A stretch of 29,598 bases of DNA from a virus (Duplodnaviria; Caudoviricetes): positions 1 to 29,598 of IMG/VR virus record IMGVR_UViG_3300020045_005943. One strand, written 5' to 3'. Positions 8,695 to 15,457 of the stretch are shown one piece after another. Below the pieces are notes generated by a model. It did no database searches, was not told the origin of the DNA, and saw only the letters and a list, made by a program, of their open reading frames with translations. How positions within the stretch are numbered: the stretch's first letter is position 1; each line of letters begins with the position of its first letter. Position numbers and translations under genes: made by a program.

Positions 8695-9069
8695 AAATTT
8701 TAAAACAAAAAATAGCGATGGCACATGGAATGAAAATTAAGGATGATGAAAAAGCGGCTTTTATAAAAATGAATGGTGGAATATTATGGTTCATTGAAAA
8801 TAAAAGCACCGGACTTTGGTGGCATCACACCCTTGACTTAAAGGACAATCTCCCTTGCACCTGTAGAAAATGTTACCCAACCGGCTATCCATTTAAAAAA
8901 TACAAAGACGGATGGACAAATGATGTTCAAAAAGCTGATGCCTATCTTACAAAGGAACAGGCAGAACATGGAATATTCTTTTACTATACCAATGAACCAG
9001 AAACAAATTTAATAGCCACCGAACATGAATTTATACCAAGCGCGTAGGGGATTTTTTGTTTTAAAATTT
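8695..9069. repeat. Inner inverted repeat pair 2 (19 bp, perfect)
   Basis: AAATTTTAAAACAAAAAAT 8695-8713 / ATTTTTTGTTTTAAAATTT 9051-9069. Confidence 0.9.
8718..9047 (+). CDS. Hypothetical protein
   Basis: 109 aa, exactly filling inverted repeat pair 2. Confidence 0.75.
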   Translation: MAHGMKIKDDEKAAFIKMNGGILWFIENKSTGLWWHHTLDLKDNLPCTCRKCYPTGYPFKKYKDGWTNDVQKADAYLTKEQAEHGIFFYYTNEPETNLIATEHEFIPSA

Positions 9070-9088
9070 TATGCGCACGAACTACGCT

Positions 9089-9274
9089 AACGGGAGGTGC
9101 TTATGCAGTGCGATTAATTAAACTAAAAATTAAAATATGAAACACAAATTCACACTAACGCAAACAATTGAGTTGATAAGGATGAACGCTCATAGCGGCA
9201 CAAAAGAAAATTTAGAAGCGATTATCGACCTGACATACGAAGCAGAAAAATTAGCATTACATAAGCACAATGTT
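9089..9274 (+). repeat. attC-like hairpin A1, with a start codon in its loop
   Basis: TAAC-G...GTGCTTATGCAGTGC 9097-9111 / GCATTACATAAGCAC 9254-9268...T-GTTA. Confidence 0.75.
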
Positions 9275-9358
9275 ATGCCATCGTTGCCCGAATTAGACGC
9301 AGACTCTAACTGTGACCACAAAATTTTATATGAAAGACTTATTGAAAAAAGCGTTTGA
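9137..9358 (+). CDS. Hypothetical protein reading through the GTT core
   Basis: ...LALHKHNV|MPSLP...; GTT at 9272 is the Val codon. Confidence 0.55.
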   Translation: MKHKFTLTQTIELIRMNAHSGTKENLEAIIDLTYEAEKLALHKHNVMPSLPELDADSNCDHKILYERLIEKSV

Positions 9359-9557
9359 GGCTGGCGAAAGAAAGGCACACGCTCAAGATAGCACTGAGGG
9401 AATTTTAGGATTCGATACCGAACCTGATTTTGAAACATGGTACGAGCAATCGCAACAACCTATTGTTAGCGGCAGTGGCGACTTAATCCAATTCGCTATG
9501 TATTTAACGGGGCATGATGAAGACACCATTAAACAGATGTACCGTGATTGGCACTGA
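9330..9557 (+). CDS. Hypothetical protein reading through the GTT core
   Basis: MKDLLKKAFEAG...QQPIV|SGSGDL...; GTT at 9465 is the Val codon. Confidence 0.65.
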   Translation: MKDLLKKAFEAGERKAHAQDSTEGILGFDTEPDFETWYEQSQQPIVSGSGDLIQFAMYLTGHDEDTIKQMYRDWH

Positions 9558-9625
9558 GCCATCGCAGGAATGTTGCAAAGAATATATGGACAAACACAAA
9601 AAACTATCCAGCGGCAATGCGCCAT

Positions 9626-9695
9626 AACGTGCAAGTGCTTGTGTCCGGTTTGCTCCAGACACAAGACAAAGGCAAACTGGCACAAGCACGGTGTT
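9626..9695 (+). repeat. attC-like hairpin A2 (short, empty)
   Basis: AAC-gtgcaa-GTGCTTGTG(T)CCGGTTTGC-loop-GCAAACTGGCACAAGCAC-ggt-GTT, with one extrahelical T. Confidence 0.85.
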
Positions 9696-10212
9696 ATAAG
9701 CTGGCCGGGATGAACCGATGAACGAACTTAAAATAGATGAACTGAATTTTTAAACTTAACCAAGAAGCGCGGGCTTTTGAAACACCGAACGACATGAACG
9801 AAGAAGAAATTAAAAACGCTGTGATTGAATCAGTAACCATTGATATGGGTGACCGTGGATTGCTAACCGCTTGGCTACATTTGAACTATGGCGGAAGCGG
9901 CCAGGGCTTTGGCGGATTCTCACTTTACCTACCAAAATCATATACTCATTTTACAGAGAAGGGAGATTTTGCCGGACACTTTATTTTCAGATGCATGGAG
10001 ATTGCGGGCGTTGAGAAATGGGAACAGATGAAAGGCAAAACCATAAGGGTAAAATCAAGCCATAGTAAAGTGGAAGCCATCGGGCATATTGTGAAAGACG
10101 ACTGGTTCAATCCTTCACAGGACTTCACCCGTATGAGTGCGGTGGGTGGTTAAGTTTAAAAATTCTCCGCAGACACTGACCTATGAAACACGTCCCCCGG
10201 CTTGCTTATAAC
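9693..10212. repeat. GTT...AAC module with nested inner repeat pair 3
   Basis: GTTATAAGCTGGCCGGG 9693-9709 / CCCGGCTTGCTTATAAC 10196-10212; inner perfect 19 bp pair at 9744-9762 / 10147-10165. Confidence 0.9.
9794..10153 (+). CDS. Hypothetical protein
   Basis: 119 aa (KNAVIESV...GQGFGG...IGHIVKDDWFNP), filling inner pair 3. Confidence 0.8.
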   Translation: MNEEEIKNAVIESVTIDMGDRGLLTAWLHLNYGGSGQGFGGFSLYLPKSYTHFTEKGDFAGHFIFRCMEIAGVEKWEQMKGKTIRVKSSHSKVEAIGHIVKDDWFNPSQDFTRMSAVGG

Positions 10213-10333
10213 GAATCGGTGCTTGTTTAGTGCCGTGATTAACAGATTGAACTAACTTAAAAACACAAATATGACAACAACTAAAAAACCATCCACGAAG
10301 CGCAAAGCTAAGGCATTGAACAAGCACAATGTT
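10210..10333 (+). repeat. attC-like hairpin A3, with a start codon in its loop
   Basis: GTGCTTGTTTAGTGCC 10219-10234 / GGCATTGAACAAGCAC 10312-10327, between AAC and GTT. Confidence 0.85.
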
Positions 10334-10516
10334 AGCCACAGTGCCGACACACCGAAAGTATATATAGGGGGTGAAGAAGTTACCGACAAAGACACAAAAG
10401 CAATACTTCTGATACATTATGCAATGACCATATCAACACCCCGCATGAGAAAGGCAAACTTGGAATTTGTGTTGAGCCGTCCAAAGTACAAGTTGAAAGT
10501 CACAGAATCTTATTAG
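10271..10516 (+). CDS. Hypothetical protein spanning hairpin A3 and the next module
   Basis: MTTTKK...LNKHNV|SHSA.... The stop falls just before the right arm. Module arms: GTTAGCCACAGTGCC 10331-10345 / GGCATTGTGGCTAAC 10518-10532. Confidence 0.7.
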   Translation: MTTTKKPSTKRKAKALNKHNVSHSADTPKVYIGGEEVTDKDTKAILLIHYAMTISTPRMRKANLEFVLSRPKYKLKVTESY

Positions 10517-10587
10517 AGGCATTGTGGCTAACGCATTGTGGGTTTGGTGATGTGAATAATGACTATGCCGGGAAAAGTTCTGAGGAG

Positions 10588-10719
10588 ATGAAGGAAGATA
10601 TAAAGGTTCTGCTATCCTTCACAAAACCAGAATCAATTACTGCCATGATTCACTCACTCATTGAATTGCAAAAAGCTGTGTTCGATGGTCACTTAGAAGT
10701 TCCCGAGCGGGTCGGCTGA
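10588..10719 (+). CDS. Probable 3' gene fragment or short hypothetical protein
   Basis: Frame is open from 10522; ends in GAGCGGGTCGGCTGA plus an orphan right arm. Confidence 0.4.
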   Translation: MKEDIKVLLSFTKPESITAMIHSLIELQKAVFDGHLEVPERVG

Positions 10720-10872
10720 TTTAGTTTAAAAATTGTTTCGCACGAACTGAACTACGAAGAGAATGACAGAGGCTGAATTTATCCAATTTGCCGAAAACAG
10801 AATATCAGGTAAAGAGTGGCATAACACTATTGATTCAGGCTATTCTCTGTTTAAGTCAAAAAAAGAAAAACT

Positions 10873-11091
10873 ATGACACAACAATATATAACCCATCTTA
10901 ACGAATGCATTAAGGCAAATAAAGCGCATTCTATTGACCCATTTGAAGTATTCGAAAGAATGAAAAAATCAGCAATCGAAGCATATATTAAAACACGTAA
11001 TGAAGAAAATGAAGAAGGGAACATGGGGAGGCAAGCGAATAAGCACGAAGCCAAAGAAAGAACCAACCAAAGTTATCCGCGTACCCATTAG
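10873..11091 (+). CDS. Hypothetical protein
   Basis: 72-aa ORF whose 3' half overlaps the 11000-11131 gene. Confidence 0.45.
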   Translation: MTQQYITHLNECIKANKAHSIDPFEVFERMKKSAIEAYIKTRNEENEEGNMGRQANKHEAKERTNQSYPRTH

Positions 11092-11131
11092 CAAGTTACC
11101 GGCTGTACTCAAGGCTCTTGGTAAAGTTTAG
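11000..11131 (+). CDS. Small basic putative DNA-binding protein, copy 1 (43 aa)
   Basis: MKKMKKGTWGGKRISTKPKKEPTKVIRVPISKLPAVLKALGKV; paralog at 15259 differs largely by synonymous or conservative changes. Confidence 0.7.
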   Translation: MKKMKKGTWGGKRISTKPKKEPTKVIRVPISKLPAVLKALGKV

Positions 11132-11159
11132 GATGTGTCCAACTTAATAAAATAACAAC

Positions 11160-11297
11160 ATGAAAAAGAAACTTTCAAAAACCACAAAATCAAGGCCATT
11201 AACTAAACACAATGTTAGCGGTATACCAAATATGTATCCCACAGAAGCCCGCTTTGACAAAAGAAAGAATAGCGTTCAAGTTATCACTAAACGGTAA
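11160..11297 (+). CDS. 45-aa peptide reading through the GTT core
   Basis: MKKELSKTTKSRPLTKHNV|SGIPN...; the stop lies within the right arm GGTAATTGCCGCTAAC. Confidence 0.5.
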   Translation: MKKKLSKTTKSRPLTKHNVSGIPNMYPTEARFDKRKNSVQVITKR

Positions 11298-11415
11298 TTG
11301 CCGCTAACGTTTGCCGCTTTATGCAGTGCCTACACGAACTTAACTATGAAATGCGAACCTTTTTTTGAATTAAATTTTTTAAGCGTGGATTTTTGAATTT
11401 AAAACTTTAACAACT

Positions 11416-12381
11416 ATGAAAAAGTATCCGAGTATAGAACAATTTAGAAATGTGATTAGAAGCGTAAAAGCTATTCACGACTATCAAGGCAAGGACGAGG
11501 AAGGTAAAGCCATTTACCAACACAAGGATAATTACCCAACCCTGACCTTTAGAGGCACAGTAAAACTTCATGGGACGAATGCCAGTGCAGTAAAATACTC
11601 AGATGGCAGAATTGAGTTCCAATCAAGGGAAAGAGTTTTATCATTGGAAGATGATAACGCTGGATTCATGGCTGCAATGGTTGGTAAAGACTTGAACATC
11701 TTGTTTAACCAGTTTTCACCAAAAAACTATGTTGCTATTTATGGCGAATGGTGTGGTGGAAATATTCAAAAAGGAATTGCCATAAACGGACTTGGTAAAA
11801 TGTTCGTAATTTTTGGAGTGATGGTTGATGATGTTTGGGTTGACTTACCGAGTGACCTACACTCAAATGAAAATAGCATCTACAATATTTTACAGTTCCC
11901 AACTTATGAAGTTGAAATAGACTTCAATCACCCTGAGTTAGTGCAGAATAAAATAATTGAAATGACTATTTCCGTTGAGGAGTGCTGCCCGGTTGGGAAA
12001 TTCTTTAATAAGGAAGGCGTGGGTGAGGGTATAGTTTTTACTTGCCTGAAAAATCAAGAACTGAAATTTAAATCTAAGGGTGAGAAACATTCCGCATCGA
12101 AGGTAAAAACACTTAATCCGGTTGATGTTGAGGCTATAGCAAGTATCAACGAATTTGTTGAATTAGCGGTTACTGAAAATAGATTGGAACAAGGAATTTC
12201 CTTTTTCAGGGAAAACAATATTGAGGTGGAAGCTAAAAATACTGGGCAGTTTTTAGGCTGGGTTGTAAAAGATGTCTTGAAAGAAGAGAAAGACACCTTA
12301 GAAGCAAGTGGATTGGATGAGAAAAAAGTGAAAAACGCAATAGTAACAAAAGCTCGAATCTGGTTTCTGAATTGCATTTAA
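11416..12381 (+). CDS. RNA ligase, Rnl2-like nucleotidyltransferase
   Basis: Motif I KLHGTN, QSR, III YGEWCG, IIIa FVIF, IV EGIV, V KFKSK, and a C-terminal VTENRLEQ...DVLKEE domain. Confidence 0.85.
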   Translation: MKKYPSIEQFRNVIRSVKAIHDYQGKDEEGKAIYQHKDNYPTLTFRGTVKLHGTNASAVKYSDGRIEFQSRERVLSLEDDNAGFMAAMVGKDLNILFNQFSPKNYVAIYGEWCGGNIQKGIAINGLGKMFVIFGVMVDDVWVDLPSDLHSNENSIYNILQFPTYEVEIDFNHPELVQNKIIEMTISVEECCPVGKFFNKEGVGEGIVFTCLKNQELKFKSKGEKHSASKVKTLNPVDVEAIASINEFVELAVTENRLEQGISFFRENNIEVEAKNTGQFLGWVVKDVLKEEKDTLEASGLDEKKVKNAIVTKARIWFLNCI

Positions 12382-12420
12382 TGTGCTGCGGAATAACAGA
12401 TAAACTTTGATTGAAACACA

Positions 12421-12841
12421 AAAAATAAATTTAAACTTTTTAGAGCGATGGCAATTAACGTAAATGAATTTAGAAAAGGTAACTATGCAAACTACTCCTA
12501 TCAAGGAACGGATGTGATTTTTTACGGTTACAACTATTCCGATGGATGCTTTACCGACTTTTCATCAATACCAATTGAGCCGGAAGAACTTGACCCAATA
12601 CCATTAACTGAAAAATTGTTAATACAATTGGGATTTATTAAAAAGTGGGATGATTATAAAGGTGAGGTTGAACAATTTGAGAAGGGTTTGATTACTTGGT
12701 CAAATGGCCAGTTTAGGATTGGAACTTATTGGGTATTTGATTTTGAAATACATCACCTTCACCAATTACAAAATCTTTACTTCTCAATTACAGGAACCGA
12801 ACTTGTATTGAGCGGGGAGGAAAAAGTTTAAATTTATTTTT
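12421..12841. repeat. Inner inverted repeat pair 4 (21 bp, perfect)
   Basis: AAAAATAAATTTAAACTTTTT 12421-12441 / AAAAAGTTTAAATTTATTTTT 12821-12841. Confidence 0.9.
12448..12831 (+). CDS. Hypothetical phage protein
   Basis: 127 aa (PIPLTEKLLIQLGF...HLHQLQNLYFSITGTEL), filling pair 4. Confidence 0.8.
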   Translation: MAINVNEFRKGNYANYSYQGTDVIFYGYNYSDGCFTDFSSIPIEPEELDPIPLTEKLLIQLGFIKKWDDYKGEVEQFEKGLITWSNGQFRIGTYWVFDFEIHHLHQLQNLYFSITGTELVLSGEEKV

Positions 12842-12895
12842 CCTTCAATGACCTGCGCCCTGTCCGATGGAATACGAACTAAGCAGCTTGCATAC

Positions 12896-12969
12896 AACGC
12901 TCTCTGTGTTTGTGAGCGGTTTTGCTCCACACGAAAGACTACGGCAAAACTGGCACAAACACAGTTGTT
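12896..12969 (+). repeat. attC-like hairpin A6 (short, empty)
   Basis: AAC-gctct-CTGTGTTTGTG(A)GCGGTTTTGC / GCAAAACTGGCACAAACACAG-tt-GTT. Confidence 0.85.
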
Positions 12970-13059
12970 AGCAGCAGTAGCTTCCACTGAACTTAATTAA
13001 ATGCACAAGAAAAAAGAAAAAATTTTAGCAGGGATTTTGAAACACTAAACTATAAAATT

Positions 13060-13401
13060 ATGGATGGAAACTTAGCAATGGCAAACTCAATTGTAAATCA
13101 AACTGAGGAACAAGCCAACACACCGAACTACCCAAAAGGAACGACCAAGGAACAATGGGACAGATACGCGATTGACCTGAAAGCCCATGAGGAACGAGTG
13201 GCACGAGAGAAACCAATTGAGCCAGACCATCTTAAATACAAAGAACAAAAATATAAAGGTGAATGGACTTTTATACCGGGGTATTTAGAGCGGTATTCAA
13301 ATGATTGGGACGCTTACCAAAAGAAACTATCTGAATGGGAAATGATGTGTTCGTGTGATGCCCCCAACAAGCCCGGTTACTACAGAGCAAACAACGATTG
13401 A
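13060..13401 (+). CDS. Hypothetical protein
   Basis: 113 aa, inside pair 5. Confidence 0.75.
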   Translation: MDGNLAMANSIVNQTEEQANTPNYPKGTTKEQWDRYAIDLKAHEERVAREKPIEPDHLKYKEQKYKGEWTFIPGYLERYSNDWDAYQKKLSEWEMMCSCDAPNKPGYYRANND

Positions 13402-13402
13402 T

Positions 13403-13612
13403 ATGCCAAGAGTAGAATTATCTGAAGCCGATTTAGAATGGGTAACCGAAGCCATTGGTGAGGGCTATACCAAGAAACAATTAGCGAAACAATATGGTGT
13501 ATCGGTGCCGACTCTTAATAGATTACTAAAGGGCGAATCTATCATTTGCGGTAAATGCAAGATGCTTGGGCCGTTAGCTCCGTGTGATGAATGTGGGTTA
13601 AAACTAATTTGA
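13403..13612 (+). CDS. HTH protein with a C-terminal CxxC/CxxC motif
   Basis: YTKKQLAKQYGVSVPTLNRLL HTH; CGKC...CDEC. Confidence 0.7.
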   Translation: MPRVELSEADLEWVTEAIGEGYTKKQLAKQYGVSVPTLNRLLKGESIICGKCKMLGPLAPCDECGLKLI

Positions 13613-13695
13613 ACTCAATGCGCGGTGGCAAAATTTTTTCTTTTTTCTCGTTCAAGTTTGCACGAACTCAGCTACGAAGAAAGGCTATTGCTGCT

Positions 13696-13764
13696 AACGG
13701 GCGAATGTTTATGACGGTTTGCTCCACACGGAAGACAAAGGCAAACTGGCATAAACATGGTGTT
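13696..13764 (+). repeat. attC-like hairpin A7 (short, empty)
   Basis: AAC-gggcga-ATGTTTATGACGGTTTGC / GCAAACTGGCATAAACAT-ggt-GTT; a relative of A2 and A6 with compensatory changes. Confidence 0.85.
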
Positions 13765-13847
13765 ATCTGCTGGCCGGTTACACTGATAAACTTAACTATG
13801 AAACACACAAAAATTTTGAATTAAAATGCCGAAGGGCGGATGTATTT

Positions 13848-14054
13848 ATGACACTAATAGAAGCATGGTATCGAAGACATTTTTGTGAGACTACCAGTTG
13901 GTATGCAGGTAATCCAGCACTTGGAACTGAGTTGATGGACATACCTTCACAGAACATGAAGTACATCTACGTTGGAAAAGGAAAGATTTGGATTAAAAAG
14001 GACGTAAGTAAACTCATGCGCAAATTGAGAGAATCAAAAAGACCAATATTCTGA
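13848..14054 (+). CDS. Hypothetical protein
   Basis: 68 aa, coupled (TGATG) to the next gene. Confidence 0.65.
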   Translation: MTLIEAWYRRHFCETTSWYAGNPALGTELMDIPSQNMKYIYVGKGKIWIKKDVSKLMRKLRESKRPIF

Positions 14055-14410
14055 TGACTACAGGTTATGAATTATTAGCCGAACAACTACACGGTAGAAT
14101 TAGGGCGGCAAAAAAGGAATACGTTATATGTGCAGCTAATTGGTATAAAGTGCCGACTTCAAAAAGCGAACACCTACCACAAAATATTGGCTACGGTATT
14201 GTTGTTTGCGGCAGGAGGCACCACAATATTTTTGCCACGGTAGCTAAAATAAGTGAGGACTTTATGCATGATACTAAATCAATGTGTGAGCAAGGGTTTA
14301 TGACTTCAAAAGATAGATGGGTTGACAGAAAAGAAGCTGGGCAAATAGCCTTTGAAGCTGGGCAAACGACTGAATTAAAAACATGTCTTTTTTCGGAAGA
14401 TTTATACTAA
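14054..14410 (+). CDS. Hypothetical phage protein
   Basis: 118 aa (VCGRRH...QGFMTSKDRWVDRKEA...LFSEDLY). Confidence 0.8.
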   Translation: MTTGYELLAEQLHGRIRAAKKEYVICAANWYKVPTSKSEHLPQNIGYGIVVCGRRHHNIFATVAKISEDFMHDTKSMCEQGFMTSKDRWVDRKEAGQIAFEAGQTTELKTCLFSEDLY

Positions 14411-14503
14411 CCCGCATTGCGAATGGGGCTGGGGCATTTTAATTCAAAATTTTTGCTCACTGAATGAACCTATGAAATGCGCTCTGTCCACCGGCTTGCA
14501 GAT

Positions 14504-14592
14504 AACGACCAAGTGTTTAAAGCGTTTGGCGCTTCAAAGCTACGCCCCGTCCACGGAGGGCAAAACCGCCAAATGATTTTAAACACGGTGTT
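14504..14592 (+). repeat. attC-like hairpin A8 (short, empty)
   Basis: AAC-gaccaa-GTGTTTAAAGCGTTTGGCG / CGCCAAATGATTTTAAACAC-ggt-GTT. Confidence 0.8.
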
Positions 14593-14780
14593 ATGCACAG
14601 TGGCAACGTGGGAACTTTTTATGAGCAATAGGGGCTTGCGCAGCTTGCCTCTATTGCGGTGAAACCCGCTTTTTACGCTGATTTGAGGGGTCTAAAAAAT
14701 AATTCAAATATTTATCTTGAAAGTGTAACAAGTTCAAGTTATTAGCGTATATTTACATAACAATTAAAACAAACAACGCC

Positions 14781-14912
14781 ATGACAACCTCAAAAAAATC
14801 AACCAAAAAAGAGACAGTAAAAATCTTCGGACAGACTGTAACCGTAGGAACTAAGGAACATGCCCGGTTAGTTTATCAACAAAAACTGTTTGCTCAAAAT
14901 GGTGACTACTAA
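14781..14912 (+). CDS. Small hypothetical protein (43 aa)
   Basis: MTTSKKSTKKETVKIFGQ..., after an A-rich leader and a promoter-like TATATTTA (14748-14755). Confidence 0.55.
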   Translation: MTTSKKSTKKETVKIFGQTVTVGTKEHARLVYQQKLFAQNGDY

Positions 14913-15045
14913 GCTAACGATAAAAGAAATAGGAAGGCTTTCAAAACGGAGGCTTTCCAAATACATTGAGGATATTACACAAACTCCAATTTGTGCTGAT
15001 GTTAATTACTGCAAAGCCCTGATTGAATTATGGATGCAGAAGTAA
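14899..15045 (+). CDS. Small hypothetical protein (48 aa)
   Basis: MVTTKLTIKEIGRLSKRRL...; overlaps the upstream stop region. Confidence 0.45.
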   Translation: MVTTKLTIKEIGRLSKRRLSKYIEDITQTPICADVNYCKALIELWMQK

Positions 15046-15055
15046 TCCATTTAAG

Positions 15056-15304
15056 ATGAAAATCCAACACGCTAGGAGACGTCCACAGGTGCTAGGGTGG
15101 TGCCGCTCGTTAGTGCGGCACCTTTTTTCAAAAATCATTGCAGTCAGATGGTGGAATAATCTTCCAAGACTAACCCAAATTTCATATAATTATAATGTGT
15201 TTGGAGCGCCCGATTTAGGCGAAACCGATGAACTAAGCAAAAAAGATATTATAAAAATATGGGAACTAAAAAGAAAAAAGGAACATGGGGAGGAAAGCGA
15301 GTAA
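15056..15304 (+). CDS. Hypothetical protein
   Basis: ATG at 15056 in the frame of track ORF 15023-15304; contains a terminator-like hairpin. Confidence 0.45.
   Translation: MKIQHARRRPQVLGWCRSLVRHLFSKIIAVRWWNNLPRLTQISYNYNVFGAPDLGETDELSKKDIIKIWELKRKKEHGEESE
15099..15128 (+). terminator. Intrinsic terminator-like hairpin
   Basis: GGTGCCGC-tcgttagt-GCGGCACC followed by T6. Confidence 0.55.
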
Positions 15305-15393
15305 GCACGAAACCAAAGAAGGAGCCGACTAAAGTCATGCGGATACCGATTAGCAAGATTGGGGTTATACTCAAGGCTCTTGGAAAGGCTTAG
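15259..15393 (+). CDS. Small basic putative DNA-binding protein, copy 2 (44 aa)
   Basis: MGTKKKKGTWGGKRVSTKPKKEPTKVMRIPISKIGVILKALGKA. Confidence 0.7.
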   Translation: MGTKKKKGTWGGKRVSTKPKKEPTKVMRIPISKIGVILKALGKA

Positions 15394-15457
15394 GAATTGA
15401 GCGCGGCACGTGTGGCCTTTGCAAGTGCCTTGCTACGCTCTGTCCGCCATTGTGCAT

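Larger units (their letters stand above)
12967..13698. repeat. GTT...AAC module with nested inner repeat pair 5
   Basis: GTTAGCAGCAGTAGCTT 12967-12983 / AGGCTATTGCTGCTAAC 13682-13698; inner perfect 19 bp pair at 13008-13026 / 13630-13648. Confidence 0.9.
13762..14506. repeat. GTT...AAC module with nested inner repeat pair 6
   Basis: GTTATCTGCTGGCCGGT 13762-13778 / ACCGGCTTGCAGATAAC 14490-14506; inner perfect 23 bp pair at 13808-13830 / 14433-14455. Confidence 0.9.

Noticed and set aside
10817-10825. TGGCATAAC as the partner of the GTTATGCCA arm at 9272
   Set aside because: Only 9 bp match, it is not followed by the usual G and hairpin, and it lies within a plausible short ORF (10763-10876).
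13591-14662. Track ORFs 13591-13824 and 14477-14662, and antisense ORFs such as 9383-9685 and 12784-12987
   Set aside because: They run across repeat scaffolds or lie opposite better genes, so they are probably by-products of the stop-poor hairpin sequence.
14913-15004. GCTAACG (14913) and GATGTTA (~14998) as another attC-like hairpin
   Set aside because: No complementary arms could be found between them.
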